A stretch of DNA of 64,000 nt from assembly GCF_030697925.1 (NCBI RefSeq), contig NZ_JAUYOJ010000002.1, forward strand, positions 3,369 to 67,368, written 5' to 3'. The notes beneath the pieces were generated by a model, which searched no databases, was not told the origin of the DNA, and worked only from the letters and a program-made list of their open reading frames with translations. Positions 55,779-64,000 of the stretch are shown here, piece by piece. The stretch is from Phenylobacterium sp. (GTDB lineage Bacteria; Pseudomonadota; Alphaproteobacteria; Caulobacterales; Caulobacteraceae). The position numbers were made by a program, and so were the translations under genes. Each line of letters opens with the position of its first letter. Within the stretch, counting starts at the first letter, position 1.

Positions 55779-57509
55779 ATGAGAACTCTCGTCGCCGTCT
55801 CGCTCACCGCCGTCCTGCTCGCCGGCTGCGCCACGCCGTCCCAGCGCGCACCCTATGACCTGCTGATCCGCAACGCCGAGGTCTATGACGGCTCGGGCGG
55901 CACGCCGTTCAAGGGCGAGGTGGCGATCTCGGGCGACCGTATCGCCTATGTGGGGCCCCGCGCGCCCGGCGCCGGCAAGGCCGTGATCGACGCGCGCGGC
56001 AAGGCGGTCTCGCCCGGCTTCATCAACATGCTCTCCTGGGCGACCGAGAGCCTGATCGCCGACGGCCGGGGCCTGTCGGACCTGAGACAGGGCGTGACGC
56101 TGGAAGTGATGGGCGAGGGGACCTCCATGGGCCCGCTGTCGCCGGAGATGAAGCGGCTCGAGATCCAGCGGATGGGGGACATCAAGTACCCCATCGAATG
56201 GACCACCCTCGACGAGTACCTGACCTTCCTCGAGCGGCGGGGGATCTCGATCAATGTCGCCTCCTTCATTGGCGCGGCCACCGCGCGCCAGCATGTGCTG
56301 GGCGAGGGCGACGTCGATCCGACGCCGGAACAGCTCCTGGCCATGCGCAAACTGGTGGTCGAGGCGATGGAGGACGGGGCGCTGGGTGTCGGCTCATCGC
56401 TGATCTATGCGCCGGCCAGCTATGCCGAGACCCCGGAGCTCACGGCGCTCGCCGCCGAGGCCGGCCGCTGCGGCGGGATCTATATTAGCCACATGCGCTC
56501 GGAGGCCGACCGGCTGCTGGAGGCCATCGACGAACTGATCGAGATCTCGCGGCTGTCGGGGGCGCCGGCCGAGATCTACCACCTGAAGGCCGCCGGCCGG
56601 GCCAACTGGCCGAAGATCGAGGCGGCCATCGCGCGGATCGAGGCCGCCCGGGGCAAGGGCCAGCGGATCACGGCCGACATGTACACCTACACCGCCGGCT
56701 CCACCGGCCTGGACGCCGCCATGCCGCCCTGGGTGCAGGCGGGCGGGGCGGAGGCCTGGATCGGCCGCATGAAGGACCCGGCGACCCGGGCCAAGGTCCT
56801 GGCCGAGATACGCCAGGAGAAGCCGGCCTTCGAGAACCTCTACCGCCACGCCGGGCCCGAGGGGACCCTGCTGGTCGGGTTCAAGAACCCGGCGCTGAAG
56901 GGCTTGACCGGCAAGACCCTGGCGGAGGTGGCCAAGGCTCGCGGCGTCTCGCCGGAGGACGCCGCCATCGACCTGGTCATCGAGGATGGGAGCCGGGTCC
57001 AGGTGGTCTATTTCCTGATGTCCGAGGAGAATGTGAAGCGCCAGACGGCGCTGCCCTGGATGAGCTTCGGCTCCGACGCCTCGGCCCAGGCCCCCGAGGG
57101 GGTGTTCATGAGGTCCAGCACCCATCCCCGCGCCTACGGCAACTTCGCTCGCCTGCTGGGCAAGTATGTGCGCGAGGAGAAGGCCACGACCCTGCCGAGC
57201 GCGATCCATCGGCTCTCGGACTTGCCGGCCAGGAACCTGGGCTTGAAGGACCGCGGCCTGCTGAAGGCGGGCTACTTCGCCGACCTCGTGGTGTTCGATC
57301 CCGGCACGGTGGGCGACAAGGGGACCTACGAGGCGCCCAAGCAGTTCGCCACCGGGGTCAGCCACGTGGTGGTCAATGGCGCGGTGGTGCTGGCTGATGG
57401 CGAGCCGACTGGCGCCAAGGCTGGCAAGGTCGTGCGCGGCCGTGCCTGGAAGGGCTGGTCAGACGGCGGCTGCCGGCCCACCGCCAAGGACTGGAGCTGG
57501 GCGTGGTGA
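55779..57509 (+). CDS. lipoprotein N-acyl-D-amino-acid deacylase-like amidohydrolase
   Basis: Lipobox LLAG-C, PGFIN, SHMRSE, HLKA, FGSD, HPRAYG, ADLVVFD. Confidence 0.88.
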   Translation: MRTLVAVSLTAVLLAGCATPSQRAPYDLLIRNAEVYDGSGGTPFKGEVAISGDRIAYVGPRAPGAGKAVIDARGKAVSPGFINMLSWATESLIADGRGLSDLRQGVTLEVMGEGTSMGPLSPEMKRLEIQRMGDIKYPIEWTTLDEYLTFLERRGISINVASFIGAATARQHVLGEGDVDPTPEQLLAMRKLVVEAMEDGALGVGSSLIYAPASYAETPELTALAAEAGRCGGIYISHMRSEADRLLEAIDELIEISRLSGAPAEIYHLKAAGRANWPKIEAAIARIEAARGKGQRITADMYTYTAGSTGLDAAMPPWVQAGGAEAWIGRMKDPATRAKVLAEIRQEKPAFENLYRHAGPEGTLLVGFKNPALKGLTGKTLAEVAKARGVSPEDAAIDLVIEDGSRVQVVYFLMSEENVKRQTALPWMSFGSDASAQAPEGVFMRSSTHPRAYGNFARLLGKYVREEKATTLPSAIHRLSDLPARNLGLKDRGLLKAGYFADLVVFDPGTVGDKGTYEAPKQFATGVSHVVVNGAVVLADGEPTGAKAGKVVRGRAWKGWSDGGCRPTAKDWSWAW

Positions 57510-57516
57510 GTTCCGC

Positions 57517-60500
57517 CTAGACCTCGGTCGCGTAGAAGCCGCGCGCCGGCTGGCAGGCCGGGTCGCTGCAGCAGGCCGCCCGGCTGGCGGCCACATAGGA
57601 TGCCTCGTGCCACCAGAAAGCCGGCCTGGCGGCGTTGCGGCGGATCGGGCGGGCGTCGGCCTGGGTCGCGTTGGCGAAGGGCGCGATGAGCGTGGCGATG
57701 TCGTAGACCTCGCCATTCTTGATCACCTGGCGGACGGCCGCGGCGTCCTCGATCCGCGCCAGGGGGTCGCCATCGGTGACCACCAGGTCGGCCAGCATGC
57801 CCTTGGCGATGACCCCCAGCGGCTGCGCCAGGTATTCGCCGGAATAGCGCGTGGCGGTGGTGAGCGCCTCGTAGGCGCTCATCCCGTATTTCACCATCGC
57901 CCGCAGGTTCATGTGCAGGCTGATCCCGTTGAAATCGATTGGAGAGTCGGTCCCCGTCACCACCCGCCCGCCGCCGGCTAGTATCGCTTTCAGATGGGCC
58001 ACGTTCCGCTCCAGCGAGGCCAGGGCCACCTTGGGATCGCCGGCCGCGGCCTGGGCGGCCCGCTCGGTGAGGCGGGCGTATTCCCAGGGCGGATAGAGCG
58101 CCTTGACCCGCGGGTCATCCACCAGGGAGCGGTCGGTCCCGTAAAGGACCGAGGATTGGAAGAGCGTCGGCGTGCGCCGGGCCCCAGAGGCCGCGAACAG
58201 GGCGGTGACGTCCTGGTAGCTGGCGCCCAGGGCGCTGACGGTCCGGGAATAGCCAAAGCGGCTGGTGGCCCCCATATGCTCCATCCCGTCCAGGCCGAAG
58301 GCCAGGGCCGGATAGTGGTAGTGCGAAGTCACGTGTATGCCGTTGGCGTGGGCCCAGGCGGTGACGTCGCGCTGGGCCTCCAGAGGCAGGCGGACATAGG
58401 CCTTGATCAGGTCGTAGGAGAGGGCCTTGGCGCGGGCGAGCTCCAGCTGCATCTGGCCGGGCTCGGTGACCGGCCGCATGAAGTTGTAGAAGATGCGCGA
58501 GCCGTCGATGGCCTCGCCGGTCGAGAAATAGCGCGGGCCGAGCCGCGCACCGGCGTCGATGGCCTCGCGGTCCTCGACCATGTGATAGGCCGGCGATCCC
58601 GGCGAACGGGCGGTGGTGACCCCCAGGGACAGCCATAGCCGCCCCTCGCGGTCGCCGTAGCCATAGCCCTGCATCTGGCGGTGGGCGTGCATCTCCACCA
58701 GGCCGGGGATGACGCTGGGACCCTCCACCAGCTTGGCGTCGCCCATCGTGGCCTGTCCGGCGGGCACGATGTCGGCGATCCGATTTCCCGTGATGACGAT
58801 GTCGACGTCGCGGCGCTGTTCGGGGCTCAGTCCCTGCCAGAGCTTGCCGGCCCGGACCACGACCTTGCCCTGCGGCCTGGCCAGCGCCCAGGTCAGGCTG
58901 TGCGGGACGGTCCGGGTTGCGCCGCCTGCCGCCGCGATCAGCCTGAGCTTGCCGTTGCAAAGATAGAGCAGGCTTTGGGAATCGCCGCTCCAGGTCGGGG
59001 CGTCGGTGACCTCATTGTTCAGCGCCCTGGGTTCGGCCTGGAACCTGCCCTTGGCGTCGACCGGTACGGTCCAGAGGCGGCTGGCGAAGACGAAGGCCAG
59101 GCTCTTGCCGTCCGGCGACCAGACCGGGCCGTCGTCGCCCCGCGTGCCCAGCGACTTGTCCGGGAAGACTGGCTGATAGGTCGCCGCCCCTGTCGCCACG
59201 TCGATGGTGAGGATCTCGCTCAGCCCCTCGCGGAAGCGGGCGGAATAGGGCTTGAAGGCGGCCAGGGCCAAGGTCGCGCCGTCCGGGCTCCAGGTGGGCT
59301 TGCCAGGTTCCCAGATGGCGTCGAACACTTGGCGGATGGCGCCGGTCTCCACCGCTACGGTGTGCAGCGCCCCGGTCTGGTCCAGGAAGGCGACGGACTT
59401 GCCGTCCCGAGACCACGCGGCCGACACCGCCGCGCCCTTGTGCCGGGTCAGCTGGCGCTCGGCGCCCGTCGCCAGGGTCCGCAGCCAGATATCGAGCTTA
59501 CCCCCACGGTCGGAGGAATAGGCCAGGGTCGCCCCGTCCGGCGAAAAGGCCGGATCACAGGCCCAGAACCCGTCCTTCACCAGAGGCGCGGGCTTGCCTC
59601 CGATGGGCAGCAGGTAGAGGGCGTTCAGCGCCCGGAACACTACGGTCTTGCCGTCCGGAGACAGGGCGGGCGAGCCGATCCCCACGACGGGCTTCGGGCC
59701 TGCGCCGTCGTAGTCGCGCTTGGCTTTGGCGTATTTCGGCTTGGCGACGGGGATGGTGACCGAGAATGGGATGTCGGTGGCCGTCCCCCCCGCGCGCCGG
59801 CGTATCTTGCCATTGGCCGCGTAAACCAGGTCGCCGCCGGGCAGCCAGGTTGGGCGGAAGGGGAAGACGTCCTCGCCGGTGAACAGGACTCCGTCCGCGG
59901 TGCGGAGCTGGACGGTTCCAGCCTCAATGACGCTGTAGACGATCGTCCCATCCGGGGCGAAGCCCGGGCTGTGCAGTTCGGTCGGGCTCATCCGGTCGGC
60001 GGAGGCCTTCACCGCCGCGGCCACCGTGGTCGCGCCCGTGGCGTCCGCGGTCATCACCCGGGACCGGTCGACCGCGAAGGCGATCCGGGTTCCGTCCGGC
60101 GACCAGGCCGGCTGACAGGCCTGGCCCGCCACCTGGGCCCAGAGCTTCGTTTCACCAGTGGCGAGGTCCAGCACGTGGATGGCGCAGACCCCGGTGCGGT
60201 CCGACGAGAAGGCCACCCGCTTGCCGTCCGGGGCGAACCGCGGCTCGCGGGAATCGAAGGGCCCGGAGGTGTGCTGCTTCAGGCCCGTCCCGTCGGCGCC
60301 CACCGACCAGACATGGAAATTGCCGTCGCGATAGGACTGGAAGACCAGGCGCTTGCCGTCCGGCGACCAACTCGGCTGGGCGCCGTCGGTGAGGTTGTCC
60401 GTCAGCCGGGTGGCCACGCCGCCGCCGACGGGAACCGTCCAGATCACTCCGAACAGGTCGAAGGCCACGCTCTTGCCGTCGGGCGAGGCGGCGACGGCGA

Positions 60501-60645
60501 TGTTGGTGCCCTCGGTCAGGGTCACCGATCCTGCCGAGGTCTGGGCCCTGGCCGCCATGCCCGGGAGAGCCGTGGCGGCGATCGCCGTCCCGCCCAGCGA
60601 CAACACCCCGCGGCGGTCGACGCCGCCGTTCCGTGGATCCTTCAA
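57517..60645 (-). CDS. Tat-exported protein: PD40/TolB-like propellers plus amidohydrolase
   Basis: DRRGVL twin-arginine leader, many P.WSPDG repeats, PGLVEMHAH, KAY, TSH, GTDSP, LADLV. Confidence 0.88.
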   Translation of the reverse strand: MKDPRNGGVDRRGVLSLGGTAIAATALPGMAARAQTSAGSVTLTEGTNIAVAASPDGKSVAFDLFGVIWTVPVGGGVATRLTDNLTDGAQPSWSPDGKRLVFQSYRDGNFHVWSVGADGTGLKQHTSGPFDSREPRFAPDGKRVAFSSDRTGVCAIHVLDLATGETKLWAQVAGQACQPAWSPDGTRIAFAVDRSRVMTADATGATTVAAAVKASADRMSPTELHSPGFAPDGTIVYSVIEAGTVQLRTADGVLFTGEDVFPFRPTWLPGGDLVYAANGKIRRRAGGTATDIPFSVTIPVAKPKYAKAKRDYDGAGPKPVVGIGSPALSPDGKTVVFRALNALYLLPIGGKPAPLVKDGFWACDPAFSPDGATLAYSSDRGGKLDIWLRTLATGAERQLTRHKGAAVSAAWSRDGKSVAFLDQTGALHTVAVETGAIRQVFDAIWEPGKPTWSPDGATLALAAFKPYSARFREGLSEILTIDVATGAATYQPVFPDKSLGTRGDDGPVWSPDGKSLAFVFASRLWTVPVDAKGRFQAEPRALNNEVTDAPTWSGDSQSLLYLCNGKLRLIAAAGGATRTVPHSLTWALARPQGKVVVRAGKLWQGLSPEQRRDVDIVITGNRIADIVPAGQATMGDAKLVEGPSVIPGLVEMHAHRQMQGYGYGDREGRLWLSLGVTTARSPGSPAYHMVEDREAIDAGARLGPRYFSTGEAIDGSRIFYNFMRPVTEPGQMQLELARAKALSYDLIKAYVRLPLEAQRDVTAWAHANGIHVTSHYHYPALAFGLDGMEHMGATSRFGYSRTVSALGASYQDVTALFAASGARRTPTLFQSSVLYGTDRSLVDDPRVKALYPPWEYARLTERAAQAAAGDPKVALASLERNVAHLKAILAGGGRVVTGTDSPIDFNGISLHMNLRAMVKYGMSAYEALTTATRYSGEYLAQPLGVIAKGMLADLVVTDGDPLARIEDAAAVRQVIKNGEVYDIATLIAPFANATQADARPIRRNAARPAFWWHEASYVAASRAACCSDPACQPARGFYATEV

Positions 60646-60667
60646 GCGCTTGTCCCCACGAGCATAC

Positions 60668-63106
60668 TCAGAACTTCCAATTGAGCCGGGTGTAGTAGAA
60701 GCCGCCGGTGATTCCGAACGGCGAGTACTGGTTGAAATAGACGAAGGGGTTGGCCCCGCCCCGATTGGCCGGCTGAACCACGTCTGGATAGGTGTCGAGC
60801 AGGTTGTTGGCGCCCAGCGAGACCTTGACGGCGTCGGTCACCTCATAGCTGAGGTCCAGGTCTACGATGCCGGTCGGGGAGATGGTCTCGTCCAGCCGGG
60901 GATTGACCGAGTTCCGCTGGATGACCTCGCCATAGCGGGTGACGCGGACATTGGCGTTGAAGCGACCGCGCGTGTAGTCGGCCGAGAGGATTTGCTTGTC
61001 GCGCGGCGTGCCGACCGTGAAGTCGCCGATCCGCGAGCGGCCCACCAGGACTAGGCCGGCGGCGGCCAGTTGCGGCGGGGGCGGGGTGATGCGGTCGAAC
61101 TCGCTCTTGTTGTAGTTGGCCGAGAAGGTCCAGCGGACCGCGCCGTAGTCCCCGAAGTCCGTGCGGTAGTCGACCACGAAGTCGACGCCCTTGGTCGTCA
61201 TGTCGGCGGCGTTGGCGTAGTAGAACGCCGCCTGCCCGGGATTGAGCCCCTGGCTGACCAGCACGGCGCTGACCGTGGCGTTGGGGCCCAGCTGCTCGCT
61301 CTGCATGATCCGGTTCTTGATCTCGATTTGGTAGACGTCGAGTGTGGCGCTCAGCGCCGGCAGCGGGTTCATCACCAGGCCCAGGGAGTAGCTGGTCGAC
61401 TCCTCGGGCTCGAGCGGCTTGGCGCCCAGGGCGATGGCCGCGGGATTGTCGGACGGCAGGATCTGCGACGGGCCGAGCTGGGCCGGTTGGCCGGGCAGGG
61501 CGACATTGATCGTGCTGGCCGAGCCATAGTGCTGCTGCTGCAGCGACGGGGCCCGGAAGCCGGTCGAGGCGGTGCCGCGGACGGCGACCCCGTCGAAGGG
61601 CTCCCAGCGCGCGGAGATCTTGCCGGTCGTGGTCTCGCCGAAGTCGGAATAGCTCTCATAGCGCCCGGCCAGAGAGATCTCGAAGCTGTCGCTCAGCGCC
61701 TGTTCGACATTGATGTAGACGCTCTTGTTGTCGCGCTCGAAGGTCCCGGCGGCGAAGGGCGGGAAGCCCGACACACCCTGCGACCCGCCGGCCGTGAGCT
61801 GACCGGCCAGCGGCGTGCCGGCCGGGGCGACATAGCCGCCCGAGATGTACGAGGCCGATTCGCCCACCCCGATGGTGAACTCGTCCTTGCGGTATTCGGC
61901 GCCGATGGCGAGGAACAGCGGCTTCTCCAGCCCGATGTCGAACTCGCGGTTGATGTCGAAATTGGTGGTCCACTCCTTGAAAGTCAGCGTCCCCAGATAG
62001 AAGAAGCTGGGGCTGGCCGGGCCCATCGAGGCGTTGAGCGAGTTCTCATAATAGCCGACCTCGTTCTTGCTGAGCGTCGTCGAGAGGTCCCAGGCGAAGG
62101 AGAACAGGTTGTCGCCCTTGGCGCCCAGGGCGAACTGCCAGTCCTGGTCGTCCAGCTTCAGGCGCACCACATAGCCGTCGGGATAGACCGCGACATTGTT
62201 CAAGATGCTGTTCGGCGGCCGGTAGGTCAGCCAGGCGGCCGTCTGGCGGCTGGCGATGGTGCCGAACGAGTAGAGCTTGATGCCGTCGCCGAGCTCGTAG
62301 CCACCGTTATAGGCCAGGGAATAGAACTGCACCTGCGGGCTGCCTGGGTGGGCGGTGTGGCGGGTGTGGGTCCCTTCGCGCGGGTCGGGTTGGCCGTTCA
62401 CGGGGAAATAGAAGGTCCCGGTGAAGGGCGTGAACTTGCCGCGGTCGGCGGTGTTGGTGGTCCGGGCGTCCAGGGTGAGGTTCAGATAGCCGGTCTCCCC
62501 GAACGAGAAGCCGTGGTTCAGCGAGCCCTGGAGGGTTTCGCCGTCGCCCTTGCCGGTCATGCCGGCCAGGGCGGTGAAGCCGCCGCCCTCGGCGTCGTCC
62601 TTCAGGATGATATTGATCACCCCGGCCAGGGCGTCGGAGCCATACTGGGCCGAGGCGCCGTCGCGCAGCACCTCGATGCGCTCGACGGCCGAGGAGGGGA
62701 TCAGGTCGAGATCGGGGGGCGACTGTCCGTTCTGTGTGGTGCCGTTGACGAACAGGATGGCCGTATTGTGCCGCCGCTTGCCGTTCACAAGCACCAGGGT
62801 CTGGTCGCCGGCCAGGCCGCGAAGCGACACTGTCTTGATGGCGAAGCTGGCCCCGGCCCCCGAGTTCGAGGTGTTGGCCGACGGCACCAGGGTGGAGATC
62901 AGGTCCCGCGTGGACTGCTTGCCGCTCTTCTGGAGCACTTCGGCCGACAGGACGTCGATGGGCGCCAGGCTGGTGGTGACCGTGCGTGTGGTCGACCGCG
63001 TGCCGGTGACGATCACCTCGTCGACCGTGTCGCTACTCTCGTCCGCCCATGCGGGCGACGCCGTGGCCAGGGCGAGCAGGCTCGCGGCTGCCAGATACGC
63101 TTTCAT
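60668..63106 (-). CDS. TonB-dependent receptor
   Basis: Signal peptide, TonB-box-like DEVIVTG, plug IERIEVLRDGASAQYGSDALAGVINII, NNLLD, C-terminal F. Confidence 0.95.
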   Translation of the reverse strand: MKAYLAAASLLALATASPAWADESSDTVDEVIVTGTRSTTRTVTTSLAPIDVLSAEVLQKSGKQSTRDLISTLVPSANTSNSGAGASFAIKTVSLRGLAGDQTLVLVNGKRRHNTAILFVNGTTQNGQSPPDLDLIPSSAVERIEVLRDGASAQYGSDALAGVINIILKDDAEGGGFTALAGMTGKGDGETLQGSLNHGFSFGETGYLNLTLDARTTNTADRGKFTPFTGTFYFPVNGQPDPREGTHTRHTAHPGSPQVQFYSLAYNGGYELGDGIKLYSFGTIASRQTAAWLTYRPPNSILNNVAVYPDGYVVRLKLDDQDWQFALGAKGDNLFSFAWDLSTTLSKNEVGYYENSLNASMGPASPSFFYLGTLTFKEWTTNFDINREFDIGLEKPLFLAIGAEYRKDEFTIGVGESASYISGGYVAPAGTPLAGQLTAGGSQGVSGFPPFAAGTFERDNKSVYINVEQALSDSFEISLAGRYESYSDFGETTTGKISARWEPFDGVAVRGTASTGFRAPSLQQQHYGSASTINVALPGQPAQLGPSQILPSDNPAAIALGAKPLEPEESTSYSLGLVMNPLPALSATLDVYQIEIKNRIMQSEQLGPNATVSAVLVSQGLNPGQAAFYYANAADMTTKGVDFVVDYRTDFGDYGAVRWTFSANYNKSEFDRITPPPPQLAAAGLVLVGRSRIGDFTVGTPRDKQILSADYTRGRFNANVRVTRYGEVIQRNSVNPRLDETISPTGIVDLDLSYEVTDAVKVSLGANNLLDTYPDVVQPANRGGANPFVYFNQYSPFGITGGFYYTRLNWKF

Positions 63107-63445
63107 TTGCCGATTTCCCCTATGATCCCCACGAGAACCCGGCCTGGACTCCTCCCTGGCGCTCAGTTTTTGACGGCCGGTTCAGAAACAGCCGCAATGA
63201 GTCGCTTGATCTCGCGCACGGAAGCGCCCGCAAAAGCGGGTCAAGCCGAGCGAATGTTCAAATTGAATACTTATGAGAGAGACAACGGAGCATCTATCCG
63301 CCTGACTCTCATGCAACTGATCTAGATGATCGCCGTCAATCTACCGGATCGCCTGGGCATATATTGCTCCAGCCATGGCGACGCATTCAGCAGGCGGAGA
63401 ATGTCTTGCCCATTCGGCGGTCACCGGTCCGCCGATCTGCGTCGT

Positions 63446-64000
63446 TCAGGTTGCAATGCGCTCGGCGCTCGCCCGCGCCTTGGCCGCGGCCTGCTGTTCG
63501 GCGATGGCGTCCCGGGTCTCGGCGATCAGCCGCGCGGCGATGGGATCGGTCTGGATCGCTCGCCAATAGGCCGCCAGCCTGGGCAAGGTCGCCAAGGGAT
63601 CGGGCGTGCCGAACAGGCCGGGGATCCATTCGCTGGCCAGCACCAGCTGTGGGGCTATGGCCCCGTCGGCCTGGGTCAGGGACCGACCGATCGCGTATCC
63701 TTCCTCGCCAATGAAGTCCTCAAGATAGGCCAGGGCCTCGGCCAGCTTGCCGACGGCGGCGTTCACGACCTCGGGCTCCCAATGACGCCGAGAGCGGCCG
63801 GCCAGAGTGAACAGCGGGACCATGGCCATGACCACGTAGAAGTCGCAGATCCTCGACAGCAGCCGCATCCGCGCCCGCTCCCACGGGTCGTCGGGCCGCA
63901 GGGAGGGCTCGGGATAGGCGTCCTCCAGGTATTCGCAGATCACCTCCGACTCGGGCAGGGCCCGGCCGTTGTCCAGCACCAGGGTCGGCACCCGACCGAT
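63446..64000 (-). CDS. glutathione S-transferase family protein (5' end beyond the window)
   Basis: IGRVPTL, ESEVICEYLE, SLTQAD. Confidence 0.88.
   Translation of the reverse strand: MGRVPTLVLDNGRALPESEVICEYLEDAYPEPSLRPDDPWERARMRLLSRICDFYVVMAMVPLFTLAGRSRRHWEPEVVNAAVGKLAEALAYLEDFIGEEGYAIGRSLTQADGAIAPQLVLASEWIPGLFGTPDPLATLPRLAAYWRAIQTDPIAARLIAETRDAIAEQQAAAKARASAERIAT

Noticed and set aside
63107-63445. sigma54 promoter or riboswitch upstream of the TonB receptor
   Set aside because: No GG-N10-GC motif or recognisable riboswitch core. There is only an AT-rich stretch with a loose ATGAGAG/CTCTCAT inverted repeat.
129-63714. Most long overlapping or antisense ORFs in the ORF track (e.g. 4645-6078, 7329-8738, 42146-44026, 53204-55516, 58681-60684, 61070-63325)
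   Set aside because: They are shadow frames of well-supported genes in GC-rich DNA: Arg/Gly/Pro/Ala-rich with no motifs. Only the 4645-4971 tail and the 6595-7344, 14428-15357 and 45884-46621 segments of such frames were kept.

Overview
This is a very GC-rich alphaproteobacterial chromosomal segment, most likely Caulobacteraceae. The family call is inferred from the holdfast-type hfs genes, a PEPxxWA-CTERM protein, CtrA boxes and SigT/SigF-type promoters; a Phenylobacterium-like genus is a guess. Core genes (gatCA, gatB, tRNA-Ser(GCT), hrpB, rRNA methyltransferases, Slt-type transglycosylase, dapA-smpB, udg, NYN, folK, rpoZ-spoT) alternate with accessory blocks. The blocks are: (i) a holdfast-like polysaccharide locus hfsD/hfsAB/hfsEFG with no hfsC or hfsH, plus an unannotated 44-aa membrane peptide ORF upstream of hfsE and a divergent PEP-CTERM gene; (ii) a general-stress islet in which back-to-back GGAAC-N16-CGTT promoters face an EcfG/SigU-like sigma factor and a single-chain EgtB-EgtD ergothioneine synthase, followed by a KGG stress protein; (iii) a MacAB-like exporter with a two-component system; (iv) a complete bufferin-type RiPP cluster (DUF2282 precursor, DUF692 MNIO, DUF2063, DoxX) with divergent sigF-nrsF and two exact GTAACC-N16-CGAA promoters, one with a pure (CGC)6 spacer; and (v) a TonB-receptor/Tat-amidohydrolase module. 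spoT appears to need a non-AUG (CUG) start. No integrase, transposase, CRISPR array or rRNA was seen. Family and domain calls come from motif recognition only; no database search was run.
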